64,000 bases of DNA from Candidatus Enterousia sp. (GCA_045636045.1 JAZTWT010000019.1:15355-79354), one strand, 5' to 3'; positions 43,912 to 54,226 are shown, counted from the first letter of the stretch. Translations and numbers: made by a program. The notes: generated by a model not told the origin, from the letters alone.

Positions 43912-44628
43912 TTATGCCGCAGCAGTGAAAACCTTCTGCACATCATCATTCGCATCCAATGCATCAACCAACTTTTCCAATTTGGCATATACTTCATCGT
44001 CCAAATCCATTGGCATATTTGGCAACCATGTTAATTCTGCCTGTTCTGGTTCACCCAATTTATCCGCCAAGAATTTCTGAACATTAACAAAATCTTCTGG
44101 TTTTGTTGTGATGATAAAACCTTCTTCGGATGCTTCCATATTATCTACTTCTGCCTCCATAATAATTTCCATCATCTCGTCTTCTGTTTTACCAACAGAT
44201 ACAGGATACATAATCTGACCTGCACGCGTAAACATAAACACCACAGACCCTTCTTCGCCCATATTACCGCCATTTTTACCAAAGATATTGCGAATTTCTG
44301 GCACTGTACGACGTGGATTATCGGTCAGCGCCTCAACAATAACCGGCACTGCCCCCGGACCATAACCTTCATAGCGCACTGCTTCATAATTTTCAGTATT
44401 CGCACCCGATGCCTTTTCGATTGCACGTTTAATATTATCATTTGGCATCGACGCCTTGCGTGCAGTTAAAATCGCCAAACGCAAACGTGGGTTATTATCT
44501 GGATTTTTGTCCCCCAACTTTGCCGCCATTGTAATTTCGCGCGCCAGTTTAGTAAACAAACCACTGCGTGCTGCATCGGCTGCACCCTTTTTATGCTGGA
44601 TGTTATGCCATTTACTGTGTCCACTCAT
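43912..44628 (-). CDS. yebC: YebC/PmpR-family transcriptional regulator
   Basis: MSGHSKWHNIQHKKGAADAARSGLFTKLAREI N-terminus; 238 aa. Confidence 0.9.
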   Translation of the reverse strand: MSGHSKWHNIQHKKGAADAARSGLFTKLAREITMAAKLGDKNPDNNPRLRLAILTARKASMPNDNIKRAIEKASGANTENYEAVRYEGYGPGAVPVIVEALTDNPRRTVPEIRNIFGKNGGNMGEEGSVVFMFTRAGQIMYPVSVGKTEDEMMEIIMEAEVDNMEASEEGFIITTKPEDFVNVQKFLADKLGEPEQAELTWLPNMPMDLDDEVYAKLEKLVDALDANDDVQKVFTAAA

Positions 44629-44678
44629 ATTTGACCTTTTTATTTATTTAGATTAAAATTACCCCAAAAGGGTAACAA

Positions 44679-45272
44679 ATGATTGGAAAAATGCAAGGCA
44701 TAGTTGACTATATTGGTGATGGTTTTGTTATTTTACTAACTGGCGGCGTTGGATACAAGGTACATACAGCAGAATACCTGACCCATAAATCAACGGTCGA
44801 ATTGTGGATTGAAACTGTTGTACGCGAAGATTCAATCCGTCTGTTTGGTTTTACGACATTGAATGGACAAAACCTGTTTAATATGCTAACCGGCGTTTCT
44901 GGCGTAGGCCCCAAGGTTGCATTGGCAATCCTTGGCACAATAAATTCAGACACATTAATGTCTGCAATCGCAACAGGCGACGCAAAAACAATCGCCACCG
45001 CCCCAGGGGTTGGTAAAAAAATGGCTGAAAAAATCATTGTTGAACTAAAGGGCAAAATTGGCGGCGCATCCGCAACATTATTTGCCCCGGACACAGGCGC
45101 AACGACATCCGCATCTTCTGCCCTGCCCGACCTGTTAATGGCGTTGGAAGCCTTGGGCTATCGCCGTTTGGACATAATTGAAATGGCACAGAAATTAGTA
45201 AACCAAAACCCAACGGCAGACGTATCAAAACTGGTCCCATTGGCATTAAAAGAAATAAGCAAGGGGAAATAA
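44679..45272 (+). CDS. ruvA: Holliday junction branch-migration protein RuvA
   Basis: MIGKMQGIV..., HhH motifs (VSGVGPKVALAIL, APGVGKKMAEKII), and a C-terminal domain III. Confidence 0.85.
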   Translation: MIGKMQGIVDYIGDGFVILLTGGVGYKVHTAEYLTHKSTVELWIETVVREDSIRLFGFTTLNGQNLFNMLTGVSGVGPKVALAILGTINSDTLMSAIATGDAKTIATAPGVGKKMAEKIIVELKGKIGGASATLFAPDTGATTSASSALPDLLMALEALGYRRLDIIEMAQKLVNQNPTADVSKLVPLALKEISKGK

Positions 45273-45275
45273 TAT

Positions 45276-46496
45276 ATGGTCGATTTTATCAAGAAAATTA
45301 ACGATGCAATTCGTACGATTAAATATCGCATTAATCCATATACCAAAATCAAAACAATTGATGAATTAAATAAAGTCTATGCGTTAAATTACCACGATTT
45401 ATCTGCACTGGATTTACGCGAACACGGCGATTTGTTTTATGACTATGATGGAAACAAAACCCACCCATGGACAAACAATGTCATATGGCCAACGCCTGAT
45501 AAAATGCCCGCGAACTTTAGCCCACAAAAACTGCTTGAATCATCTATGCGACCACGGTTAATCGAAGACTTGCACCAATCTGGAAAAACAGGACATGGCA
45601 TTAATATCGCCATCATAGACGGTCAAATCGACGCAACAAATCCAGAATACAGCAATCAAATAAAATTAATTTCCCACAGCACAAAAATACAGACATCAAA
45701 CACGACCCCTGAACACCACGGTCCCCTGGTTGCATGTCGCGCCGTTGGCAAAAATACAGGCACGGCCCCTGATGCCAATTTATATTATTTTAATGTCGCA
45801 AAAAATCGCGAAACAAATTTCTTTGACTCTAATATAGATGCATTTGAACGTGTCTTGGAATACCAAAAAAACGCCCCCGAATCTGAACGAATTCACATTT
45901 TATCATGCAGTTTTGGCTTGCGCGCCAATACCAGCGGTCAACGCGCCACCACCGAACAAATCGCAAAGGTATATGAACTTATACAACAATTACATAATCT
46001 TGGAATTCAAATAATACATTGTTCCCCCACCCCAACGGAACAAAACGACATTGAACAACGCGCCCAAGTCGAACAAATACTAAAACAACATGGCTATCAA
46101 ACAATTCATTGGCACGACCAAGAATTCAGCAATCGCAACCCAAACCAACCCATATTCGGACGATTTGTAAAATCACCAGATTTAATCAGTATTCCGACAC
46201 GCAATATGTCACACATTGACCACCACCAAGATGTGCGTTTTGACCCTAATGGCGGCGACTCATCTGCTGCACCATACCTGGCGGGGGTTTTTGCCTGCGC
46301 ACTACAGGGCAACACAATATTCTGCACCCGCAAAAATTGGCAGGATGAATTAACTGAAATTATGAAGCAAACCGCATCTGAACATCCAATGGGCGGAAAA
46401 ATCATAAACCCAACGGGCATTGTTGAACACGTATCTCAAATCGCCCGAACAATGGAAATGGATTTAATTAAACATCAGGCATCACAACATGAATAA
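45276..46496 (+). CDS. Subtilisin-like (S8) serine peptidase without signal peptide
   Basis: Asp motif GINIAIIDGQID, His motif PEHHGPLVACRAVG, Ser motif GGDSSAAPYLAGVFACAL. No N-terminal hydrophobic signal. Starts 3 nt after ruvA and overlaps mnmE by 8 nt. Confidence 0.65.
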   Translation: MVDFIKKINDAIRTIKYRINPYTKIKTIDELNKVYALNYHDLSALDLREHGDLFYDYDGNKTHPWTNNVIWPTPDKMPANFSPQKLLESSMRPRLIEDLHQSGKTGHGINIAIIDGQIDATNPEYSNQIKLISHSTKIQTSNTTPEHHGPLVACRAVGKNTGTAPDANLYYFNVAKNRETNFFDSNIDAFERVLEYQKNAPESERIHILSCSFGLRANTSGQRATTEQIAKVYELIQQLHNLGIQIIHCSPTPTEQNDIEQRAQVEQILKQHGYQTIHWHDQEFSNRNPNQPIFGRFVKSPDLISIPTRNMSHIDHHQDVRFDPNGGDSSAAPYLAGVFACALQGNTIFCTRKNWQDELTEIMKQTASEHPMGGKIINPTGIVEHVSQIARTMEMDLIKHQASQHE

Positions 46497-47805
46497 CGAC
46501 ACAATTTTTGCACTATCATCTGGTCACGGCAAATCTGGCGTGGCCGTAATACGTATATCTGGAAATGATTTGCACAATACATTTTCTAGATTTATAAACA
46601 AATCTGAATTTACAGATCGCTATGCATACTTTACAAACCTGCGCGATAATAATGGCGACCTGCTGGACCAGTGTTTATCAATATACTTTCACGGCCCAAA
46701 TTCATTTACTGGCGAAGATGTTATCGAATTGCACACACATGGCGCACCGGCAACAATTAATGCAATATTTGAATACCTGAAAACATTAGGAATGCGCATG
46801 GCAACCCCGGGCGAGTTTTCACGCCGCGCATTTTATAATAACAAAATGGACCTGACCGATATTGATGGTCTGGCAGCATTACTGGATGCACAAACAGACA
46901 TCCAACGCAAACACGCCCTGCGTTCCATGCTGGGCGCAGACAGCGAAATATACAACACATGGCGCACACAGATGGTTGAAATTTCTGCATATGCGGCGGC
47001 AATCCTGGATTACAACTCAGACGACCTGCCTGCAAACATTGGCGAAACTGTTTACACACGCACCATGAAATTACACAAAGAAATCTGCGCTGCATTAAAG
47101 AATTATCATACATCACGCGCAATTCGCGGTGGGATAAATATTGCACTGGTCGGCGAAACCAATGTTGGCAAATCATCAATATTTAATTATCTGGCCGGAT
47201 CAAACCGCGCAATCGTATCCGACATTGCCGGCACAACACGTGATGTCGTATCAATTAATTTGGACATTGATGGGTATATGGTAAACCTGTCAGACACTGC
47301 CGGCATTCGTAAAACAGATGACAAAATCGAATCAATCGGCATAGAACGCACAAAGACCGAAATCGAAAATGCAGACATTATAATTAACGTCTACACACCT
47401 GAAAATGTCCCAATGAAACAAATTGACAATGCGCAAATTAAACCAAGTATAAATATTGTAAACAAATCCGACACAATACCTGAATTGGAACAAAACACCG
47501 AATTCGGCCTATACACATCTGCAAAAACTGGATACGGCATGGATAAACTTACAGAAATCCTGCGCGAAAAAATTCATGAAATAATGGATAACACAGAAAA
47601 CGGATTAACAATAAACGCCCGAACCAAGACCCTATTAGAATCCGCATGCAGCGAACTTAACCACGCATTAGACACAAACGGAAACTATGACATATTTGCG
47701 GAACATACGCGTCGTGCCTCCGATTCCATTGGCAAAATTCTGGGCACAATCACCGCAACCGAAGTTCTGGATAAAACATTCGGTCAATTATGCCTGGGGA
47801 AATAA
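46489..47805 (+). CDS. mnmE: tRNA modification GTPase MnmE
   Basis: DTIFALSSGHGKSGVAVIRISG N-terminus, G domain (GETNVGKSS, DTAGIR, NKSD), and the C-terminal CLGK motif. Confidence 0.9.
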   Translation: MNNDTIFALSSGHGKSGVAVIRISGNDLHNTFSRFINKSEFTDRYAYFTNLRDNNGDLLDQCLSIYFHGPNSFTGEDVIELHTHGAPATINAIFEYLKTLGMRMATPGEFSRRAFYNNKMDLTDIDGLAALLDAQTDIQRKHALRSMLGADSEIYNTWRTQMVEISAYAAAILDYNSDDLPANIGETVYTRTMKLHKEICAALKNYHTSRAIRGGINIALVGETNVGKSSIFNYLAGSNRAIVSDIAGTTRDVVSINLDIDGYMVNLSDTAGIRKTDDKIESIGIERTKTEIENADIIINVYTPENVPMKQIDNAQIKPSINIVNKSDTIPELEQNTEFGLYTSAKTGYGMDKLTEILREKIHEIMDNTENGLTINARTKTLLESACSELNHALDTNGNYDIFAEHTRRASDSIGKILGTITATEVLDKTFGQLCLGK

Positions 47806-47834
47806 AAAATATCTAACCAAATTATCTACAGAAC

Positions 47835-47863
47835 AAAAAACCGCCCAATCAGGCGGATTTTTT
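47835..47863. terminator. Bidirectional terminator (mnmE / secretin gene)
   Basis: AAAAAACCGCC-CAATCA-GGCGGATTTTTT. Confidence 0.7.
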
Positions 47864-47881
47864 ATTCCAGGCAAGAACCTC

Positions 47882-49510
47882 TTAATTCAATGGAGCCCCC
47901 CAATGCTGCTGAATATTACGTTCCATATCCATTGGGCTAATCAAAACCTGTGGGGTCAATATAACCACCAAAACTTCACGTGTCGCCTGGGTTTCACGCG
48001 AACCAGACAGTGCCATAAAATCCGGATCACCCAAACCATAACGCGTATCCTGACTGGTCTGTTTCTCAAACCCAGAAACAACCAACATCTGACCAGATTC
48101 CATAATAACTTCCTGCATAAAACTACGTTCTTCAACCTCTGGCAACTGCAGGGTCACCTCGCCAATCGTCTGGGTTGACATACGCAACAATTCACGAACA
48201 GACATACGGAATAACAACAAGATTTTTCCATTCTCTAACACATTTGGCAACAACTGCATCGTGAAACCCGTTTCCAAATCATCCTGGTCAACGGTACTGG
48301 ATTCAACAGTTGTGAAATTACGCGATTCAAAACGTTTAATATATCCTGTTGTACGCGTATTGCTGACCGGTGCAACACGATTTGAACGTGTTGTCACACC
48401 AACATTTGTCACCAACGAAACCTTGCCCTGCTTTGCCAACGCTTCAATCAATGCATTACTGCCCGCTGCCCCTGACAAAGACCCATTCATAATTTGATCA
48501 TTTGTATAGGCCCCTTCTACGACCGAACCATTTTCCATATGTGTAGCACCTGTTAACGCAGATACAGTATTCGACAACACCGCAATATTCATAGAACTGG
48601 CCTCGGTCGAAGCCAAATTATTTTTAGGATTCGCAACAATATTCAACCCCGAAGTAGAGTTAATCGCTGCTGCCAAATTCAAACCAAATGCCGAATTATT
48701 AGAAATCGTCACTTGTAAAACCTTAACATCAATCGTAACCAACTGACTTAAACGCTTATTCTGACGATCAATATACTCACTGACACGCGTCAACACCGAT
48801 GGCGATGCCGTCACAGTAATCGTTCCCAAACTGCGCGACACTGTAAAATCTGCATTTTCTGCCTTGCCGATAATAGAACCAATGGCCTTTTCCACCTCGT
48901 CCCACTCTTTCAATGTCGACTCCAAAGAAACTTCATTAGAATCATCAGTTGAAACAGATGTGTTATATGCAACCTCGGTCCCCAATGCATACAACGAGAA
49001 AGTCTTGGTTTCTGTTTCATAGAACACGATCGAATTTTTATCATAATACCACAACAAATCCAAATCAGTTGCAACCTGATTCAACAGCCCCGACAAACGC
49101 CCCGTATACGCAACATTAACCTGTTTTTTTAACTTCTCACTGGACACCTGGCCATCGATTTTAACTGGTATTCCCGTCACAGAATAAACATCATTTGCCA
49201 AAACCTGTAACGCAACCGGTTCATCCAACAAAATAGTCACCCCCATATCCGTTTCAAATTTTGCTGGCAATTTATTTCTATGTTCCAACACAATCGATTT
49301 ATTTCCCAACCAAACCCCTTCGGACATAGAAACCGTATCACCACTGGCAACCTTGGCCCGGGGATTTTTCGCCATTTCAAAAGCATCATACGCATTAATA
49401 AAATCCTGGTCTACAGATGCCGCAACCTTGGCTGACTCACGTTTTGCACACCCTGTCACAGCCGCCAGCACCAGCGCAAACAAAACTAAAATTTTCATTG
49501 GCTTAATCAT
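47882..49510 (-). CDS. Secretin-family outer-membrane lipoprotein (type IVb pilus PilN-like)
   Basis: Lipobox LAAVTGC. C-terminal secretin domain (...VTIDVKVLQVTISNNSAFGLNL..., GFTMQLLPNVLENGKILLLF, SGQMLVVSGFEKQ..., REVLVVILTPQVL). Confidence 0.8.
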   Translation of the reverse strand: MIKPMKILVLFALVLAAVTGCAKRESAKVAASVDQDFINAYDAFEMAKNPRAKVASGDTVSMSEGVWLGNKSIVLEHRNKLPAKFETDMGVTILLDEPVALQVLANDVYSVTGIPVKIDGQVSSEKLKKQVNVAYTGRLSGLLNQVATDLDLLWYYDKNSIVFYETETKTFSLYALGTEVAYNTSVSTDDSNEVSLESTLKEWDEVEKAIGSIIGKAENADFTVSRSLGTITVTASPSVLTRVSEYIDRQNKRLSQLVTIDVKVLQVTISNNSAFGLNLAAAINSTSGLNIVANPKNNLASTEASSMNIAVLSNTVSALTGATHMENGSVVEGAYTNDQIMNGSLSGAAGSNALIEALAKQGKVSLVTNVGVTTRSNRVAPVSNTRTTGYIKRFESRNFTTVESSTVDQDDLETGFTMQLLPNVLENGKILLLFRMSVRELLRMSTQTIGEVTLQLPEVEERSFMQEVIMESGQMLVVSGFEKQTSQDTRYGLGDPDFMALSGSRETQATREVLVVILTPQVLISPMDMERNIQQHWGAPLN

Positions 49511-49543
49511 ATTTATATTCTCCTACGACATCTGTATATTTTA

Positions 49544-50515
49544 TTATTCCTGCGATGACGAAATCACCAATACACGATTTCCCTTATAGAACTTGGCATA
49601 TGGAATTGGTGTTGCACGTCCAAAATTACGAACCAAAGCCGACGCCACATCAACAAAACGTCCCTTAAACACAGCACTTGCCTCAATCGGATATTCACGC
49701 GGTGTTGTCCAAACCAAATCCCACCCCTCTTTATCACACCACGACTGCAAAACCTCGCGCAGGGTCTGACCATTTGCAACCACCCACGAACGCACCTGGT
49801 CCTTTACAACCTTTGGCGCTTCTGCATCCGCAGATGCATCAACCAAAATTTCTGTTTCGCTTTCTTCCTCTACAATTTCTTCTACAACAGTTGTACCATC
49901 TTCCTTGGTCACGATTTTCTTACCATCTGCGGTCTGCGCATCAACACGCATCCCATTACGCAACGCAAACGCTTCATAATTATCTGCATACTTACCGCAA
50001 TTCTTACGTCCACTGCGCGACACCGCCAACACATTTCCACCATCATCTTCCAAGACTTCACGATGCAACAACGGCATTTCAGAATTATTATAACATTCAT
50101 CATCAAACCCAACTGGAATCTGATTACCATGCAACATATTTGCACCACCAGACCACCCACCAAAAGAGCCACGCGCGCCCAAATTAAAATTATTTTCCAC
50201 AACCAAATCCGCACCAATCTTAGAAACTATGCGAATATTATCATCCTGCTTTTTCTTATTACACGCACCATGTTCACACGAAACCTCAACATCTGCCTCA
50301 CTTCCTGCCAACGGCCACGCCGGCACCTGTGCTGGCAACAAAAACCCGTCCTGGGCTTCAACTTGCATCATATCAGTCTGTTCATAATCCGCACCATTAA
50401 CAAATCTATCCTGCTCATAGAAAATCTCAGACGTGACAACCTGTGGCAATTCATCTGCAAAGCAATACCCCGCCGCAGTTGCAAACATAGCAAAAATCAA
50501 TACTTTACGGAACAT
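49544..50515 (-). CDS. TcpQ/PilL-like secretin-associated protein
   Basis: Has a signal peptide. The C-terminal WVVANGQTLREVLQSWCDKEGWDLVWTTPREYPIEASAVFKGRFVDVASALVRNF matches the W..G.TLR..L..W....GW.L.W motif of the TcpQ domain as I recall it. Lies directly upstream of the secretin on the same strand. Confidence 0.6.
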   Translation of the reverse strand: MFRKVLIFAMFATAAGYCFADELPQVVTSEIFYEQDRFVNGADYEQTDMMQVEAQDGFLLPAQVPAWPLAGSEADVEVSCEHGACNKKKQDDNIRIVSKIGADLVVENNFNLGARGSFGGWSGGANMLHGNQIPVGFDDECYNNSEMPLLHREVLEDDGGNVLAVSRSGRKNCGKYADNYEAFALRNGMRVDAQTADGKKIVTKEDGTTVVEEIVEEESETEILVDASADAEAPKVVKDQVRSWVVANGQTLREVLQSWCDKEGWDLVWTTPREYPIEASAVFKGRFVDVASALVRNFGRATPIPYAKFYKGNRVLVISSSQE

Positions 50516-50696
50516 AACAAACTTCCTTTCCCTAATAAAACTTCCCTTATTTTTAATATATTATAACAATTTGACCGAATCTGTGCAAGACCAAAAACAC
50601 ACAACAAACAACATAAAAAAAGATAAAATCGCACGACTCGCAAAAAGATGCTATACTATCGGCGAAAACAAATCAGCCACAGGGAGAAAACAAGAA

Positions 50697-51239
50697 ATGA
50701 CGAACACAATTATTTTTATCGCACTTGGTTTAATTATTTTATCCACCGCTTTTCTTGGCTTTTACATTTTCCGAACTAACCTGCAAATATCCAACATAAA
50801 CAAAACATTGGAACATCAATACAATCTGATGGTTAAAATTCAATCCATTCTTAAAAACAAATCTGCCACAAACGCGGTCGCAGAAAACGCAGAAATGATT
50901 TACCAAGACCTGCTGCAAAATCTAATTCCAATCATGGCAGCGATTGACATTATGCCACGCAATACCCCCGAACACGCATTATGGCGTGCACTGGGGGGGA
51001 TAATGGATGAATACGCAAAAAACCCATTCGCATTGGAAAAATTACGTCGTGCGATCAAACTGGATTCCGAAGTCGCACGAAACATCGACAACTACATGCG
51101 CCGTGCAGATAATTTTCTGCACCATTTGACAACGACCGAACCAGATGGTTTACTGTCTAATACATTTACAGACGGTCTGTTGGGCCAATCGCTAACATTC
51201 TTCGCCCAGGCAAAACAACTGGCCACACAAAACGGATAA
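50697..51239 (+). CDS. Membrane-anchored hypothetical protein
   Basis: ORF 50433-51239; start moved to ATG 50697 behind a GGGAGA RBS. The N-terminal TM helix (IIFIALGLIILSTAFLGFYIF) is followed by a helical soluble part. Confidence 0.5.
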   Translation: MTNTIIFIALGLIILSTAFLGFYIFRTNLQISNINKTLEHQYNLMVKIQSILKNKSATNAVAENAEMIYQDLLQNLIPIMAAIDIMPRNTPEHALWRALGGIMDEYAKNPFALEKLRRAIKLDSEVARNIDNYMRRADNFLHHLTTTEPDGLLSNTFTDGLLGQSLTFFAQAKQLATQNG

Positions 51240-51256
51240 TAATAAAAAAGGCATAA

Positions 51257-52585
51257 ATGGCAAAACTGTGTGAAAATCTTATTCGCGAAATATCATCAAA
51301 GCGTGACGAACCCACATGGTTATTGCAATGGCGTCTGGACGCATACTCTGCATGGTTAAAAATGCATGAACCCCACTGGGCTACAATTGATTATCAACCA
51401 ATCAATTATGACGACTTGGATTACTACAACACACCAAAACCCATTGACAATTCCGATTTAGAATCCGTTTATGACAAAATGGGCCTGCCAGAATCAGAAA
51501 AACACGCACTTATGGGCATGGCAACCGACACCGTCATCGACAGTCGGTCCGTCCACACATCATACACAGCAGAACTAGAAAAATACGGTATAATATTCCT
51601 GCCATTTTCAGACGCAGTAAAACAACACCCAGACTTAGTAAAAAAATACCTGGGTACAGTGGTGACAGCAACCGACAATTTCTTCGCGGCATTAAACGCA
51701 GCAGTCTTTTCCGATGGCACATTTGTATACATTCCTCCAAACACAAAATGCCCCATAGACCTGGCCAGTTATTTTAGAATCGAAACCGCAAAAATCGGCC
51801 AATTTGAACGAACACTAATCATCGCAGACAGCGGTGCAGAATTAACATACCTGGAAGGTTGCAGCGCACCCCGTCGTCCAAACCACCAGCTGCACAGTGG
51901 CGTTGTTGAAATAATCGCACACGATAACGCAACCATAAAATATGCCACCGTTCAAAACTGGTTTACCGGCGAATTTGACGGAACAAAAAACAATGGCGGT
52001 ATTTTAAACTTTGTCACAAAACGCGGCCTGTGTCACGATAACGCAAAATTATTATGGACCCAAATGGAAATCGGCAGTGCCCTTACCTGGAAATACCCAT
52101 CAACAATTTTGTGCGGAAACAATGCGTACAGCGATTTTTATTCATTATCCATAACCCGTGGTGCCCAACAGGCAGACACCGGCACAAAAATGATTCATAT
52201 TGGGAACAAAACCACATCAAATATTGTTTCATATGGTGTCGCACTTGACCATTCGATTCAAACATTCCGCAGCCTGGTATCATTCACCGGCAACAACTGC
52301 ACAAACGCATCAAAATGTGACAGTCGCCTGATTGGCAACAACGCAGCCGCAAACACATTGCCACGCATAATACATAACGGACTGAACAACCATCAATCGC
52401 ACGAGGCTCGCACCGGAACCATAGACACCACAACATTAAACTACCTAAACATGGCCGGCATAGACACAGATGTTGCAACCGCACTGATTATTGGCGCTGC
52501 GGCAACACCCGTACTATCACGCCTGCCCATGGAATTTCTGGTTGAATCTAAACAATTAATACAAATGGCATTATCCAAGGATTAA
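51257..52585 (+). CDS. sufB: Fe-S cluster assembly protein SufB
   Basis: FERTLIIADSGAELTYLEGCSAP, VEIIAHDNATIKYATVQNW and the beta-helix repeat region are present. sufC follows. Confidence 0.8.
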   Translation: MAKLCENLIREISSKRDEPTWLLQWRLDAYSAWLKMHEPHWATIDYQPINYDDLDYYNTPKPIDNSDLESVYDKMGLPESEKHALMGMATDTVIDSRSVHTSYTAELEKYGIIFLPFSDAVKQHPDLVKKYLGTVVTATDNFFAALNAAVFSDGTFVYIPPNTKCPIDLASYFRIETAKIGQFERTLIIADSGAELTYLEGCSAPRRPNHQLHSGVVEIIAHDNATIKYATVQNWFTGEFDGTKNNGGILNFVTKRGLCHDNAKLLWTQMEIGSALTWKYPSTILCGNNAYSDFYSLSITRGAQQADTGTKMIHIGNKTTSNIVSYGVALDHSIQTFRSLVSFTGNNCTNASKCDSRLIGNNAAANTLPRIIHNGLNNHQSHEARTGTIDTTTLNYLNMAGIDTDVATALIIGAAATPVLSRLPMEFLVESKQLIQMALSKD

Positions 52586-52588
52586 AGA

Positions 52589-53266
52589 ATGTTAAAGATA
52601 AAAAATTTATCCGTCACAATGGACGAACGCGAGTTGTTAACAAACATAAACCTGGAAATCAAACCAGGGGAACGCCACCTGTTATGCGGCCACAACGGTT
52701 CAGGCAAATCCACACTAGCACAAACCATTATCGGTATTCCAGAATACAAAATAAAATCGGGCCAGATATTTTTTAATGATTACAACATAACAAAAGAAAA
52801 CATAACAACACGCGCATTAATGGGAATATTTCTGGGCGCACAACACGTCCCTGAAATTCCCGGACTTACCTTAATCAGTTTCTTAAAGCACTCGTGCGCT
52901 GCACACACACACTACAACGATAAACGCGACCTGTCTATGGCAGAATTCCTTGAAAAACTAGAAACCATACGTACCGAACTAAGCATTCCACGCGAATGGC
53001 TGAACCGCAGTATAAACGTCGGCTTTTCTGGCGGAGAACGCAAACGAATAATGTTGCTGCGCCTGATGTTATGCAATCCAAAACTGGCGATACTGGACGA
53101 GCCAGATTCTGGCGCAGACATTGAAACCAAGAAATTGATTGCACAAACAATCCAAAAGATGTCAGACACAACATTCATGGTAATCAGCCACCAAACAGAT
53201 TTCACAGACATGATAAATATAACAAACACAACAACTTTGTCAGACGGAAAAATTATGATAAAATAG
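52589..53266 (+). CDS. sufC: Fe-S cluster assembly ATPase SufC
   Basis: Walker A GHNGSGKST, signature FSGGERKR, Walker B AILDEPDSG. Confidence 0.9.
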   Translation: MLKIKNLSVTMDERELLTNINLEIKPGERHLLCGHNGSGKSTLAQTIIGIPEYKIKSGQIFFNDYNITKENITTRALMGIFLGAQHVPEIPGLTLISFLKHSCAAHTHYNDKRDLSMAEFLEKLETIRTELSIPREWLNRSINVGFSGGERKRIMLLRLMLCNPKLAILDEPDSGADIETKKLIAQTIQKMSDTTFMVISHQTDFTDMINITNTTTLSDGKIMIK

Positions 53267-53294
53267 TAAAGGTATTACAGAAAAAGGGAAAGAA

Positions 53295-54212
53295 ATGAAA
53301 GAAACAAATACCACAAAATTATCATCGCTGGTATTATGGCAACCACTGCGATTCGCAACAATCACTTTTTTAGCGCTATCCATTACTGGATTACTATACT
53401 CATTAATCGCTGGCAAAATTTATGCCCCCGCCCCAGTTCCGCCCCAACCTCTTTTATGGTTATGCCTTTTTGCATTTATGTGTTGCACATCATTATTTTT
53501 CTATAAGGCTCCACGCTTTACACCAGACCGCACATCATTTATCGCAACACATAACGCACAAATATTATTAATCTCTGTCGCATTCATACTGATGTCGTAT
53601 TACCTGTCACAACACGCCCAGGAAATATTATTCAAACTGATGCTAGCCGAAACAACTTCAGCCCCGACATTCATCATAACAATTACTGCCTTTTGCTTGG
53701 TATTTTTATATCTTGTTGGCGTACTACTTTCAAATATTTTCCTGAAATTCCGCCGTATACAAAATTTTAACATTCCAACATGGAAAATTTTCTGCAGCAT
53801 ACCATTTGGCTTTTCCGCACTGTGGACACCTGGATATATATTACCTGATGAACACGCAAGCACAAACAACATCACAATAAAATCAAATTGGTATAAAAAG
53901 ATAACTAATACCATCACATCACACAAAACGACAACCATTTCAGCATTCACATTAATAACCATGTTGTCCGGTTTTATATACGGCATAAACACCATACTGT
54001 TAACATTTATACTCGCCCTGATTTTTGGTATATGGTCACTGACAACCGGAACAAAAAAATTTATAAAAAGCATGCCAAACAAATACTCAACCTTCTCAGT
54101 AATTATGAACATTGCAATAATCATAATCCTTACGCTGGGAACACGCATATATACAAATCTAAACAAGACAACAATAAATATTACCGAAACAACAGAAACA
54201 ATAAATCTGTAA
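53295..54212 (+). CDS. Multi-pass membrane protein, unknown function
   Basis: 305 aa with about 8 hydrophobic helices. No recognised motifs. Confidence 0.5.
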   Translation: MKETNTTKLSSLVLWQPLRFATITFLALSITGLLYSLIAGKIYAPAPVPPQPLLWLCLFAFMCCTSLFFYKAPRFTPDRTSFIATHNAQILLISVAFILMSYYLSQHAQEILFKLMLAETTSAPTFIITITAFCLVFLYLVGVLLSNIFLKFRRIQNFNIPTWKIFCSIPFGFSALWTPGYILPDEHASTNNITIKSNWYKKITNTITSHKTTTISAFTLITMLSGFIYGINTILLTFILALIFGIWSLTTGTKKFIKSMPNKYSTFSVIMNIAIIIILTLGTRIYTNLNKTTINITETTETINL

Positions 54213-54226
54213 AAGGACACAAAAAA

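Noticed and set aside
50433-50696. The upstream TTG-initiated extension of ORF 50433-51239, which overlaps the 5' end of the TcpQ-like gene on the other strand.
   Set aside because: The extension reads through the divergent promoter region and overlaps the neighbouring gene start. The internal ATG at 50697 has a good RBS and begins exactly at the TM helix.
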